From Lytechinus pictus (lineage: Eukaryota): a stretch of DNA of 64,000 nt. Under the pieces are notes generated by a model. It did not search any database, had not been told where the DNA came from, and was given only the letters and a program-made list of their open reading frames with translations. The translations under genes and the position numbers were made by a program. The DNA lies in the NCBI RefSeq assembly GCF_037042905.1, contig NC_087245.1:24740001-24804000 (forward strand), read 5' to 3'. Of this stretch, positions 1 to 13,447 are shown one piece after another. The stretch's first letter is position 1. Each line of letters starts with the position of its first letter.

Positions 1-1025
1 TAATTTTGGACAAACAGACTCAACTTCCGTAAAATATACTTTCTCTAATATCCGTTTAGTCTGGGGCCTGGAGCGTTTAAGATTGACAGCTTTCAAATAG
101 TCTGGACATCACCAGAGAGTGAAAAGTATTCTTCCCAACTAAATAACAACATTTTTATCAAACGATGCGTATATATGCGATGCAAATTTTTGATAATTAT
201 GGTTATGTGCGAAACAGGAAGTCGACGCCCTTACCTACATGGATGGTCATCAGAGCAATATGAGGACAAAAAAAAAATGATTTGTAATCCAACATTAATA
301 GGACCGAGTAGCCATCAACACCTCAAATATTGCTAAGCGAAAACTATCAACATTACCGATTTCAAGAATTTAAATTCACGTACCAACATGACCAATATGC
401 CGATTGTTTTTGTAATTTGATTTTGGCACGATCTTCAATTTGATAATGTGAATCCGAGTATCCTTAAGGGGTTGGTTTAAGATCATAGCCTCTCTAATCT
501 TTTAGACATTTTTAGAAATAACAATTTCATAACAGTTTACTCACCGCATTATAAATTGTTTGCTTGTAGAGGATTTCTTAACCGCGTTTCAAAAATCGAT
601 AGGATTTTTTAAGAGAAAGAGAGTGTAGATTTAAAATGTTCAAGAACTCTCGTGAATAAAATCTCACTTCATTCTTTTTCCAGAATAATCACGAGTATTT
701 GCTCAGCGCTGTTTGTGAAAACATGGCGTACAGGCGGATGAGCACAAAAATGACTTATTTGAAATCGAAATCTAATACTATGACCTTAGGCTTTCATTTA
801 TTTTGTTTTCATATCAAGAACTACTATAGTTCTAATACTATACCACTATGCTATTAGTTCTACTCCTACATACTACTTTATTTACATCTCAGGATTACTT
901 GCGATAAGTTGACAAATATTTATGTAATTGATTTGAAAGAAATGTCTACAAATTAGATAAATAGTTACATAATTTTACGCAGTATGAATACAAATCTACC
1001 ACACCAAAACACATAATTATGTTAA

Positions 1026-1609
1026 AGGAGAATGAAACTCTTGGAGCAAGTTAACTTTTGTGAAAGCAGAAAAATCAAAGAATAAGATCGACAAAAGTTT
1101 GAGTAAAATAGGACTAGAAATAGAAGAGTTATGAGCATTTGAATGTCGAGATCACTAATGCTATGGAGATCCTCCCATTGGCAATGCGACCAAGATCTAT
1201 GATGTCACAGATGAACAACTCTCCCCTTTTGGACACTGAAAATATACCCCAAAACATCTCTTTTTGCTCATTCTAATCATATGACAAACGATTCATCAAT
1301 GATATAATGTTGTGAAACCTCTGTACTTGTCCTCTCATAAAGAGAACACCTCACCTTGTGACAGACTCTATAAAAGTGAGAATATAAGTGAAATATGTAC
1401 TAAAGTAATGAGGGAGTTGTACGTGTGTGACATCACAGATCTTGGTCGCATTGCCAATGGGAGGATCTACATGGCATTAGTGATATCAATATTCAAATGC
1501 TCATAACTTTCTTGTTATTCATTCAATCTTACTCAAACTTTCAACAATATGTTTCTTTGATTTTTCTCTTTGATATGGATTCAGCTGGTTTCAAGGGTTT
1601 CATTCTCCT
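1026..1609. mobile_element. Non-autonomous DNA transposon (Kolobok-like MITE), TTAA TSD
   Basis: TTAA-AGGAGAATGAAAC...GTTTCATTCTCCT-TTAA; long inner inverted repeats at about 1130-1208 and 1426-1505. Confidence 0.85.
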
Positions 1610-1767
1610 TTAAAGATACCGAGTCACATCATGGTCCTACTACATGGTCACATCAACACAAAAATACCCCTCGAATAACTGACATTCTCTTTCATGTTAT
1701 AGGCGTAATGTTCAAATTTCAAAAGAAAGCTCGAACAGTATAGTAATAATAGCTTTGCACCCTCTGG

Positions 1768-2754
1768 GGTTCCACGAGCCTAATTACATCAGGAGGGCTA
1801 AAGATATTCGTTCGACCCAACCCATTCGAATTTTTGTCAATTTGATATTGCTGATTGACAAAAATGTATGAATGTGATTCAAAATCTAACACTGATTCTA
1901 GAAATGGTAACTACTGAACTTACTTCGCCCAAATTGGGAAGATAAATAAGTGACTTGGAACTATTTTTTGACTGGCGGAATAATTAGGGCTATTTTACTG
2001 TTTCAGTTGATGAATTCGATCGATTCATAGTTATCTTCATAAATGGCGATTTATTTTTAAAATGAGCTGGCTACGGTACCCTTTCCTGGTCAGATTTGGA
2101 ATGTCAGATATATATCCTATCCATTGGTAGTAAACATTCCACCCTCTAATTTCACATTTATTTTTTATGAATTTTTCAAAAGTGCCATTTTAACACACAA
2201 GTCTATGGGGAATGTTTTACGCGCGTGACACCTGTAAGTAATATGAGAAATCCCTAGTAGTGGATGGAATACCTGGCCAAACTCTTCAGTAGCAAACAAT
2301 TTCTCACTGATATCAATATGTTTAGTCATCAAGTGGTGCAAAAAATGGATTTAATGGCTAGCAGAGCTACATCAGGTAAAGTTAGTAGGTCTGTGTAGCC
2401 TAGGAATGTATGTAGATTGGTCAATGTATAGAGTCAAGGCCTCTTTATGTTCTGATTTATCATTGTTTTGTGTTAGTGTATATCACCTACTTAGCATTAG
2501 AAAGACCTATAGAAATTGCTCATGTTAAAATTGTTCTTAGGAAGGGGGTAGGTAGAGAGGAGATAGAACTTTAAAAACTTTACTGAAGATAACTAGAGTG
2601 GTACCTTCAAGAAGGTATTTAGAAAAGGGCACAGAGTAAGGTAAGGTATCTAATAGTGCTCAGCTAAGGAGGGAGGGGGGGGGCTGCTGTGTGCTGCAAT
2701 CTTAGTATAGCCCCCTCCCTCTTTATTAAACCATGTCATTTATAAAATTATCTT

Positions 2755-2795
<41 letters not shown>

Positions 2796-4214
2796 ATGTA
2801 TATATTATACTTCTTACATCTGAGAGGCAACAGCCCTAGGAAGATTTTGAATAGGTCAAATTCAAATATAATAAAGTAGTATCTCATTCTTTTATTGTTT
2901 CCTCATCCAATCTCATGTATATTTGGTAATTATGTTTGGGGCAGTTCTGGTATCCTGATATCTACACAGAATTTACATACACCTTTATATTACAATTGAT
3001 AGGGACCTATATTGTCATTGCATTCACTGTTGGGCTCTATGCAGGTAGGATTTGTATACATCCATATATAGTGAAAATAACATGTATGGGTAACACATTA
3101 AAATGGGTCATTGCATAGAAAATAGGCATTTTCAATGCATTTCTTTGTGCTAGTGTGAGTGTACAGATATAAAAGAATAGCAAAGTAGCTATTCAAAAAA
3201 ATAAAATACATATGTCATATAATATAGGTTCCACGAGCCTAATTACATCAGGAGGGCTAAAGATATTCGTTCGACCCAACCCATTCGAATTTTTGTCAAT
3301 TTGATATTGCTGATTGACAAAAATGTATGAATGTGATTCAAAATCTAACACTGATTCTAGAAATGGTAACTACTGAACTTACTTCGCCCAAATTGGGAAG
3401 ATAAATAAGTGACTTGGAACTATTTTTTGACTGGCGGAATAATTAGGGCTATTTTACTGTTTCAGTTGATGAATTCGATCGATTCATAGTTATCTTCATA
3501 AATGGCGATTTATTTTTAAAATGAGCTGGCTACGGTACCCTTTCCTGGTCAGATTTGGAATGTCAGATATATATCCTATCCATTGGTAGTAAACATTCCA
3601 CCCTCTAATTTCACATTTATTTTTTATGAATTTTTCAAAAGTGCCATTTTAACACACAAGTCTATGGGGAATGTTTTACGCGCGTGACACCTGTAAGTAA
3701 TATGAGAAATCCCTAGTAGTGGATGGAATACCTGGCCAAACTCTTCAGTAGCAAACAATTTCTCACTGATATCAATATGTTTAGTCATCAAGTGGTGCAA
3801 AAAATGGATTTAATGGCTAGCAGAGCTACATCAGGTAAAGTTAGTAGGTCTGTGTAGCCTAGGAATGTATGTAGATTGGTCAATGTATAGAGTCAAGGCC
3901 TCTTTATGTTCTGATTTATCATTGTTTTGTGTTAGTGTATATCACCTACTTAGCATTAGAAAGACCTATAGAAATTGCTCATGTTAAAATTGTTCTTAGG
4001 AAGGGGGTAGGTAGAGAGGAGATAGAACTTTAAAAACTTTACTGAAGATAACTAGAGTGGTACCTTCAAGAAGGTATTTAGAAAAGGGCACAGAGTAAGG
4101 TAAGGTATCTAATAGTGCTCAGCTAAGGAGGGAGGGGGGGGGGCTGCTGTGTGCTGCAATCTTAGTATAGCCCCCTCCCTCTTTATTAAACCATGTCATT
4201 TATAAAATTATCTT

Positions 4215-4255
<41 letters not shown>

Positions 4256-5673
4256 ATGTATATATTATACTTCTTACATCTGAGAGGCAACAGCCCTAGG
4301 AAGATTTTGAATAGGTCAAATTCAAATATAATAAAGTAGTATCTCATTCTTTTATTGTTTCCTCATCCAATCTCATGTATATTTGGTAATTATGTTTGGG
4401 GCAGTTCTGGTATCCTGATATCTACACAGAATTTACATACACCTTTATATTACAATTGATAGGGACCTATATTGTCATTGCATTCACTGTTGGGCTCTAT
4501 GCAGGTAGGATTTGTATACATCCATATATAGTGAAAATAACATGTATGGGTAACACATTAAAATGGGTCATTGCATAGAAAATAGGCATTTTCAATGCAT
4601 TTCTTTGTGCTAGTGTGAGTGTACAGATATAAAAGAATAGCAAAGTAGCTATTCAAAAAAATAAAATACATATGTCATATAATATAGGTTCCACGAGCCT
4701 AATTACATCAGGAGGGCTAAAGATATTCGTTCGACCCAACCCATTCGAATTTTTGTCAATTTGATATTGCTGATTGACAAAAATGTATGAATGTGATTCA
4801 AAATCTAACACTGATTCTAGAAATGGTAACTACTGAACTTACTTCGCCCAAATTGGGAAGATAAATAAGTGACTTGGAACTATTTTTTGACTGGCGGAAT
4901 AATTAGGGCTATTTTACTGTTTCAGTTGATGAATTCGATCGATTCATAGTTATCTTCATAAATGGCGATTTATTTTTAAAATGAGCTGGCTACGGTACCC
5001 TTTCCTGGTCAGATTTGGAATGTCAGATATATATCCTATCCATTGGTAGTAAACATTCCACCCTCTAATTTCACATTTATTTTTTATGAATTTTTCAAAA
5101 GTGCCATTTTAACACACAAGTCTATGGGGAATGTTTTACGCGCGTGACACCTGTAAGTAATATGAGAAATCCCTAGTAGTGGATGGAATACCTGGCCAAA
5201 CTCTTCAGTAGCAAACAATTTCTCACTGATATCAATATGTTTAGTCATCAAGTGGTGCAAAAAATGGATTTAATGGCTAGCAGAGCTACATCAGGTAAAG
5301 TTAGTAGGTCTGTGTAGCCTAGGAATGTATGTAGATTGGTCAATGTATAGAGTCAAGGCCTCTTTATGTTCTGATTTATCATTGTTTTGTGTTAGTGTAT
5401 ATCACCTACTTAGCATTAGAAAGACCTATAGAAATTGCTCATGTTAAAATTGTTCTTAGGAAGGGGGTAGGTAGAGAGGAGATAGAACTTTAAAAACTTT
5501 ACTGAAGATAACTAGAGTGGTACCTTCAAGAAGGTATTTAGAAAAGGGCACAGAGTAAGGTAAGGTATCTAATAGTGCTCAGCTAAGGAGGGAGGGGGGG
5601 GGCTGCTGTGTGCTGCAATCTTAGTATAGCCCCCTCCCTCTTTATTAAACCATGTCATTTATAAAATTATCTT

Positions 5674-5714
<41 letters not shown>

Positions 5715-7134
5715 ATGTATATATTATACTTCTTACATCTGAGAGGCAACAGCCCTAGGAAGATTTTGAATAGGTCAAATTCAAATATAATAAAGTAGTA
5801 TCTCATTCTTTTATTGTTTCCTCATCCAATCTCATGTATATTTGGTAATTATGTTTGGGGCAGTTCTGGTATCCTGATATCTACACAGAATTTACATACA
5901 CCTTTATATTACAATTGATAGGGACCTATATTGTCATTGCATTCACTGTTGGGCTCTATGCAGGTAGGATTTGTATACATCCATATATAGTGAAAATAAC
6001 ATGTATGGGTAACACATTAAAATGGGTCATTGCATAGAAAATAGGCATTTTCAATGCATTTCTTTGTGCTAGTGTGAGTGTACAGATATAAAAGAATAGC
6101 AAAGTAGCTATTCAAAAAAATAAAATACATATGTCATATAATATAGGTTCCACGAGCCTAATTACATCAGGAGGGCTAAAGATATTCGTTCGACCCAACC
6201 CATTCGAATTTTTGTCAATTTGATATTGCTGATTGACAAAAATGTATGAATGTGATTCAAAATCTAACACTGATTCTAGAAATGGTAACTACTGAACTTA
6301 CTTCGCCCAAATTGGGAAGATAAATAAGTGACTTGGAACTATTTTTTGACTGGCGGAATAATTAGGGCTATTTTACTGTTTCAGTTGATGAATTCGATCG
6401 ATTCATAGTTATCTTCATAAATGGCGATTTATTTTTAAAATGAGCTGGCTACGGTACCCTTTCCTGGTCAGATTTGGAATGTCAGATATATATCCTATCC
6501 ATTGGTAGTAAACATTCCACCCTCTAATTTCACATTTATTTTTTATGAATTTTTCAAAAGTGCCATTTTAACACACAAGTCTATGGGGAATGTTTTACGC
6601 GCGTGACACCTGTAAGTAATATGAGAAATCCCTAGTAGTGGATGGAATACCTGGCCAAACTCTTCAGTAGCAAACAATTTCTCACTGATATCAATATGTT
6701 TAGTCATCAAGTGGTGCAAAAAATGGATTTAATGGCTAGCAGAGCTACATCAGGTAAAGTTAGTAGGTCTGTGTAGCCTAGGAATGTATGTAGATTGGTC
6801 AATGTATAGAGTCAAGGCCTCTTTATGTTCTGATTTATCATTGTTTTGTGTTAGTGTATATCACCTACTTAGCATTAGAAAGACCTATAGAAATTGCTCA
6901 TGTTAAAATTGTTCTTAGGAAGGGGGTAGGTAGAGAGGAGATAGAACTTTAAAAACTTTACTGAAGATAACTAGAGTGGTACCTTCAAGAAGGTATTTAG
7001 AAAAGGGCACAGAGTAAGGTAAGGTATCTAATAGTGCTCAGCTAAGGAGGGAGGGGGGGGGGGCTGCTGTGTGCTGCAATCTTAGTATAGCCCCCTCCCT
7101 CTTTATTAAACCATGTCATTTATAAAATTATCTT

Positions 7135-7175
<41 letters not shown>

Positions 7176-8071
7176 ATGTATATATTATACTTCTTACATC
7201 TGAGAGGCAACAGCCCTAGGAAGATTTTGAATAGGTCAAATTCAAATATAATAAAGTAGTATCTCATTCTTTTATTGTTTCCTCATCCAATCTCATGTAT
7301 ATTTGGTAATTATGTTTGGGGCAGTTCTGGTATCCTGATATCTACACAGAATTTACATACACCTTTATATTACAATTGATAGGGACCTATATTGTCATTG
7401 CATTCACTGTTGGGCTCTATGCAGGTAGGATTTGTATACATCCATATATAGTGAAAATAACATGTATGGGTAACACATTAAAATGGGTCATTGCATAGAA
7501 AATAGGCATTTTCAATGCATTTCTTTGTGCTAGTGTGAGTGTACAGATATAAAAGAATAGCAAAGTAGCTATTCAAAAAAATAAAATACATATGTCATAT
7601 AATATAGGTTCCACGAGCCTAATTACATCAGGAGGGCTAAAGATATTCGTTCGACCCAACCCATTCGAATTTTTGTCAATTTGATATTGCTGATTGACAA
7701 AAATGTATGAATGTGATTCAAAATCTAACACTGATTCTAGAAATGGTAACTACTGAACTTACTTCGCCCAAATTGGGAAGATAAATAAGTGACTTGGAAC
7801 TATTTTTTGACTGGCGGAATAATTAGGGCTATTTTACTGTTTCAGTTGATGAATTCGATCGATTCATAGTTATCTTCATAAATGGCGATTTATTTTTAAA
7901 ATGAGCTGGCTACGGTACCCTTTCCTGGTCAGATTTGGAATGTCAGATATATATCCTATCCATTGGTAGTAAACATTCCACCCTCTAATTTCACATTTAT
8001 TTTTTATGAATTTTTCAAAAGTGCCATTTTAACACACAAGTCTATGGGGAATGTTTTACGCGCGTGACACC
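1768..8071. repeat. Tandem array, unit 1459-1461 bp, 4 full units plus a 465-bp partial
   Basis: Units start at 1768, 3227, 4687, 6146 and 7607; length differences match a poly-G tract of 9, 10, 9 and 11 G. Confidence 0.98.
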
Positions 8072-8338
8072 CTGGGACAAGCGCCCTGCCCCTGGCTAGG
8101 TCTAATTCAAGCAAATAGTAATATTGTTTATTACCTTCATCCAATGCTTTTGAAATGGGGGGAGGGGCTTGGGAGTAATGGACTGACGTGTTTCACCCCC
8201 CCCCCCGCCATAAGAGGGAAGGGAAATAAAAAGAAAGAAAGAAAGAAAAGGGTGGAATATTTATTTTTAATCATTACAGCAAAATCTGAAAATCAAAATG
8301 GTCAATATTTGTGCTACCTCCCTTCGCTCTCTCGCAAC

Positions 8339-8369
<31 letters not shown>

Positions 8370-9984
8370 GGGGCATACACCATGGATGTGTAATGTTGGA
8401 CCCCTCATTTTTTATATTATTACGATACTATATCTGCATCCATTGCCTCGTGAATTCAGTATTATAATCTTACACCGTGAGAATTAAATAGATTTCATGT
8501 ACGCACGTGCTAAGCTGGAAGAGGGACACACGAGAAAGGTATGTTTGCATTCCTTACCACTGTAGTATCAATAACAATAGCAATGGTTTATTGTGCAAAT
8601 ACTACTCGCACGGCTCAAATAGAAGGGTAACATCCTTCAACTACTTCTAGACATGTGGAAAGACGTGTTGAACATTGTTTAACTAAATTCTTTCTTATCG
8701 TTCAACTGTAGGAATTTATTGAAAAAAGCCTATTGTATGTTTCATTGTGATAGAAAAATACAATAACCATTCGTAAAACGCAATCACACATCAAACAAGA
8801 CATTGCCATTGCATGAGTAATAATCCCCTTTTTAACACCCGTGTATATACGCAGGCTACAAGGAGGACCGGCGCTCAGCAAGAAGGGGCGGGCCCTGGGG
8901 CGACTACCCCGACCTTTTTCAAGAAGTGAAAAGGAAGGGGGAATAAGAAAGGGGTGTGGAATAAGGCATATGAAAAAGAAGGGCATTCTAACGATTTCAT
9001 TGGTTATGTAACTATAATATCCCTGGTATTCAATTGAGGGGAAAAATAATGATGTCACTGACTTTATTCGTCTTATATCCCCCTCCCATATTGGAATACC
9101 CTGGAGCTGCCCCCGAGTATTGCAAGATCGTTTAAAAAATTGTTTTCAATGGGCAAATTACCATAGCGCTTTTTTTCTTTATGATGAAATTACAACCAAT
9201 TTATGTAAATACTTCCACTTTTCGGCTTTCTAGCCACTCGTGCATGCATGGAACCGGTTTTGAAACGGCTGATTTATATGAAAGCAATTGCGAGAAATTC
9301 TAGCCGTCAGGGGGAGGGGTTCCCAGGCTCAGACTTTGATGACTCCGTGTAGAACACGTAGGATGACACCAGGCATGTCCTTACCAGGGACCAGTCAATC
9401 ATCAGACATGCTTTTTCATCCCGTACCTTGTGAAACACTCCCTTAGAAGTTCGATGGTATCTTCCTAATCTACTACCGAATGTGGGCCACCTTAAAAACC
9501 CTTGTTCATTCATAGGTATATAGATAGATATATATATAGACTGATAAATTGTATTCATTATGATAAAGTCCAATTAGCAGCCAAGGTTAAATGACACGAA
9601 TTTACACAGAGTAAATTTTCATTGTACCAGCAGATGGCAGCAGAATATGCTACAAAATAATGGTAAACAAAATAAGAAAACTCTGAAAGAAAACGTCTTA
9701 TGATAATTTCAACATAATAAATTATGTAAACGAGAGTAAATTTTGTGTATAAAATGACCAAAACTTGAACTTGATGATTTCTGTGAAAGAAAACTTATTT
9801 TTTAAACGATCTATTGGTTTAATGCCTGTTTTATCCACTGGATATAGTACTTTTAAGGGTGACATACATTTTCGTCGGTAGATTTCGAAGAGACCATCGT
9901 ACTTTAAAGGTGTGGTCTTACATGGAGCGGATGATATAAAATAGAACAACGACTGCCTGGTGATTGATTGGTCTAGTTACATAG

Positions 9985-10110
9985 GACGTGGGGGCTCAGT
10001 GGCACAGCGCCCGCCTCATGAACGGGAGGTCGTGGGTTCGAGCCCAGCCGAGTCAAACCCAAGACTGTGAAATGTAGTTTTGTTGTCAGGTGCTCATCTT
10101 TTTAGGATGG
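9985..10110 (+). mobile_element. Degenerate tRNA-derived SINE
   Basis: A-box-like GGCTCAGTGG, B-box GGTTCGAGCCC; body resembles the SINE at 17325-17551. Confidence 0.6.
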
Positions 10111-10171
10111 AGAAGGTTAAGGTGACTTAGGTCCAACTGGGAGACAAAAAAGTTAAATAATACTGATATTA

Positions 10172-10472
10172 TTGTTATCATCATCATCATCATTTATCAT
10201 TATCATCATCATCATTTATCATTATCATCATCATCATCATCATCATTTATCATTATCATCATCATCATTTATCATTATCATCATCATCATATATCATTAT
10301 CATCATCATCATTTATCATTATCATCATCATCATTTATCATTATCATCATCATCATTTATCATTATCATCATCATCATTTATCATTATCATCATCATCAT
10401 CATTTATCATTATCATCATCATCATCATCATCATTTATCATTATCATCATCATCATCATTTATCATTATCAT
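10172..10472. repeat. Compound (ATC)n microsatellite with a recurring ATTTATCATT interruption
   Basis: Read directly from the sequence. Confidence 0.97.
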
Positions 10473-11253
10473 GTTTAGCAATATGATTATTATCAGTCAT
10501 ATGTATGTAGGGGTATAATTCCGCCGGGTATAAGAGAGTTGAATTTCACTTTCAAGGCACCTATACAGCTCTCATGCTTCATTTTTATGTTTCTTTATTC
10601 ACATTCTGTGTTAATCAACAAAGCAAGAATGTGAATTAAAAAAATCATAAAAATGAATTAGGAAATTGTAATTCACTGTTATAATGGTTGAGTATACGTG
10701 ATGATAACAACGATGATGCCCGAAAAAAACATTTCTCAAATATCAATGTTATTGTTGTTATAAACGCAATGGTGTCAATGACTTATCGTAAGGTTCGTTT
10801 ACACCTTCCTATTATGAGATCAATCTTAAGTTTCTGGTTATGTCTATCGATCATATCTATATACTGATTCATCTGGGATAAAGGAGAAGATCAAATGAAA
10901 TATTTAGGATATCAGCTGAAGAGAATGATAATTACGTTGATACGTGTATAACGAAGAATCAGGAAAGATATACAAATGTTCATATCAATTGTCACTCATC
11001 TATATTGCTGTAAACAGAGGCGACCAGAAATCGGGTGAATTATGGTTGGTAGTTGCTGGTTGCGGCGCGCTGATGCGTTTCCATGGTTACGCCCTATAAA
11101 ATAAAAAAATCTAATTGTGAATTTCACTAAATTGAAGCAAAGAAAATACGAGTAAATTGATTAGAGAATTCAGGTCTTTGAAATGAGGCGTATGATTTTT
11201 TTTAGAAAATCCTTGAATAATGATCGAGAACTCAAATTGACCAAATGAACAGA

Positions 11254-11284
<31 letters not shown>

Positions 11285-12131
11285 TACTCACACATATACA
11301 CCCACAGAGACACCCTATCCTTCTCCATACCCCCCCCCCCCCTTTATCAACTCTTTCCCTCTATTCACCCTTCATCTTTTTTTCTCACCATTTCAATCTA
11401 CTTCCCCCATTCAACTCGTTACTGCTTTTCAGTACCGGTACCACACCCATCCTCCCAAACCTCAATCGATATGACATGACCTAAATAGATATCAGGAAGT
11501 TTTATAGGAAACACTTCATGCCATACTGGTTTATATTGCCCTATCATAAGCAATGCATGAAACGCAGTTGGTTTTCTTTATAATTTCCTCTCTTTTCTCC
11601 TTTTATTCTATAATATTACATTAGTTTCGTTTTTAACTAGCGCGCAAATTTTTACATCATTCCCGTTTTCAGAATCGCTTGTCGGGTAGTTTGTCGTAGA
11701 TAGATTTATGATTGGTTAATAGTAAATGGCCAATCAGTGCCCTGTATTGGCCTGTCTATTTCGTCTTCTTCTGTCGCTCGGGTGTAAAACAATGATAAAC
11801 TTAAGTGACCCTCCCCCCCCCCCCCCCGCAGAAACCCGGCGGAGAAAGTGCCACTGACATCAGAGATGTCAAAAAAAAAAAAATCATCTCCACATTTGAT
11901 GAACTGATTAGAAGTGGATAAACCAATCCTTCTGGAATCACGACTGCCCCCGATGACGGGGACCAACTCTGGCGAGCCAGGTGCCATGATGGAGTTGGTT
12001 TCGAAAGGAAGAATACCTTACTGCAGACGATAGCGGAACCTCGATTAAATTTTTAATCGTTTGAAGATAAAAACTAACAAAGCATTCTTTTCGGATTTTC
12101 TCCCTTCGATTTTCTTCCCCTTTCTTTTCTA

Positions 12132-12238
12132 TATCATTATTATTATCATTATCATTATTAGTAGTAGTAGTAGTATTATTATCATTATTATAATTATTAC
12201 TATTATTATTATTGTTGTTGTTGTTGTTATTATTATTA
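12132..12238. repeat. Compound trinucleotide microsatellite (ATT/AGT/GTT)
   Basis: Read directly from the sequence. Confidence 0.95.
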
Positions 12239-13054
12239 CCTGCTTCATTTCCCGAATAATAAACTTTTTTACTAGGCCTTATGATTTCGGTAATTATTTT
12301 CCTTGCCACGCAGGGACACTGAGTGTGCTCTGATCTGCCAGATTGATGCTGGTGATGAAGTACTATCACAACCCCCCCCCCCACACCCACACCCCCCACA
12401 CTCTTGAAAGGGGACTTGATATGAAATGTGTTGGTTTATGAGTTTATTACTGTCAGCTTGCCTTATTTTGAAAGATGGAATCGTCAATCATTACACAAAT
12501 AATGAGAATGACCTTGAAAAAAAATTGAAGGGAAAGGAATTTGTAAATTCGAATCTTTCACGATTGCAATCGAAATATCGCACTGCTAACTTAATATAGG
12601 ATTTCCAACATAGTCAGCGAACCCCCTGTGAATCCGGGCTTTACTCAGATGCCATCATAACAAACACGTACAAATTGCCACAATAATGCAACAATAATTC
12701 CATCTTGTATGGGGAGAGAGAATACAGGGTGGAAGAACATGCTGAGAGGTTTAACGAAGGAGCAAGGTCTTCCACATACTGTCAGTTGACTGTCAAGTTC
12801 AACAAAATCTCCAGAGGATTGTAAAATCAGAAATATTACTTGACGGATGCACGCGAATGTCAATTGTTAACTTTTTTTGACAGGCGTTGGACTGTTGACC
12901 AACAAAATTTGTCAAAACGTGGTCGTGTTTCATAAAAAATGTCCTTTAATGGTAAACTTTACCATCCAATGGTAAGTTGCATCCTTGAAGTTGGTTGGCT
13001 TTTTAGTTGTTTTTTTACCACGGTAGCTACCATTGGATAGCAAAGTTACCGTAA

Positions 13055-13447
13055 TAGAGTACCGAAGTGTGACGTCATCAATTTCCCCTTTTTGCATGTC
13101 AGCGTTTTTATACCATATTTTGCTAGAGCACTAGAGCATGATGACCCCTCCCCCACCCATAACCTAAATTTGGTGGGAATCGGCTCATGAGGCCCCAAGA
13201 TATGACCTCATGAATACTTAATTAACCCCATCGAAGTCTATGTATTATTGGCCTGGTTCCTAACATTTAGAACCAGTCCAATAACATTTCAATGGGGCTA
13301 ATCAAGTATTCATGAGGTCATATCTAGGCCCCCATGGACCGATACCCATTAAAATTTTGGTTGGGGGTCATCCTGCTTTACCAAAATATGGTATCAAAAA
13401 CGCTGGAATGCAAATAAAAAGTTTTTTGTCATCACTTCGGTACTCTA
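13055..13447. mobile_element. Palindromic MITE with TAG...CTA ends, nested in another MITE
   Basis: TAGAGTACCGAAGTG...CACTTCGGTACTCTA ends; inner inverted repeats at about 13180-13235 and 13288-13345. Confidence 0.75.

Noticed and set aside
2936..7498. Four identical 60-aa ORFs (MGQFWYPD...)
   Set aside because: TTG start, no recognisable domain, and identical only because they lie in the tandem unit.
9300..9500. GC-richer patch resembling a coding fragment
   Set aside because: No identifiable motif or usable splice sites.
10172..10486. His/Ile/Ser-rich 104-aa ORF
   Set aside because: Translation of an (ATC)n microsatellite.
11938..12399. Poly-Asn and poly-Ile ORFs
   Set aside because: Translations of a trinucleotide microsatellite.
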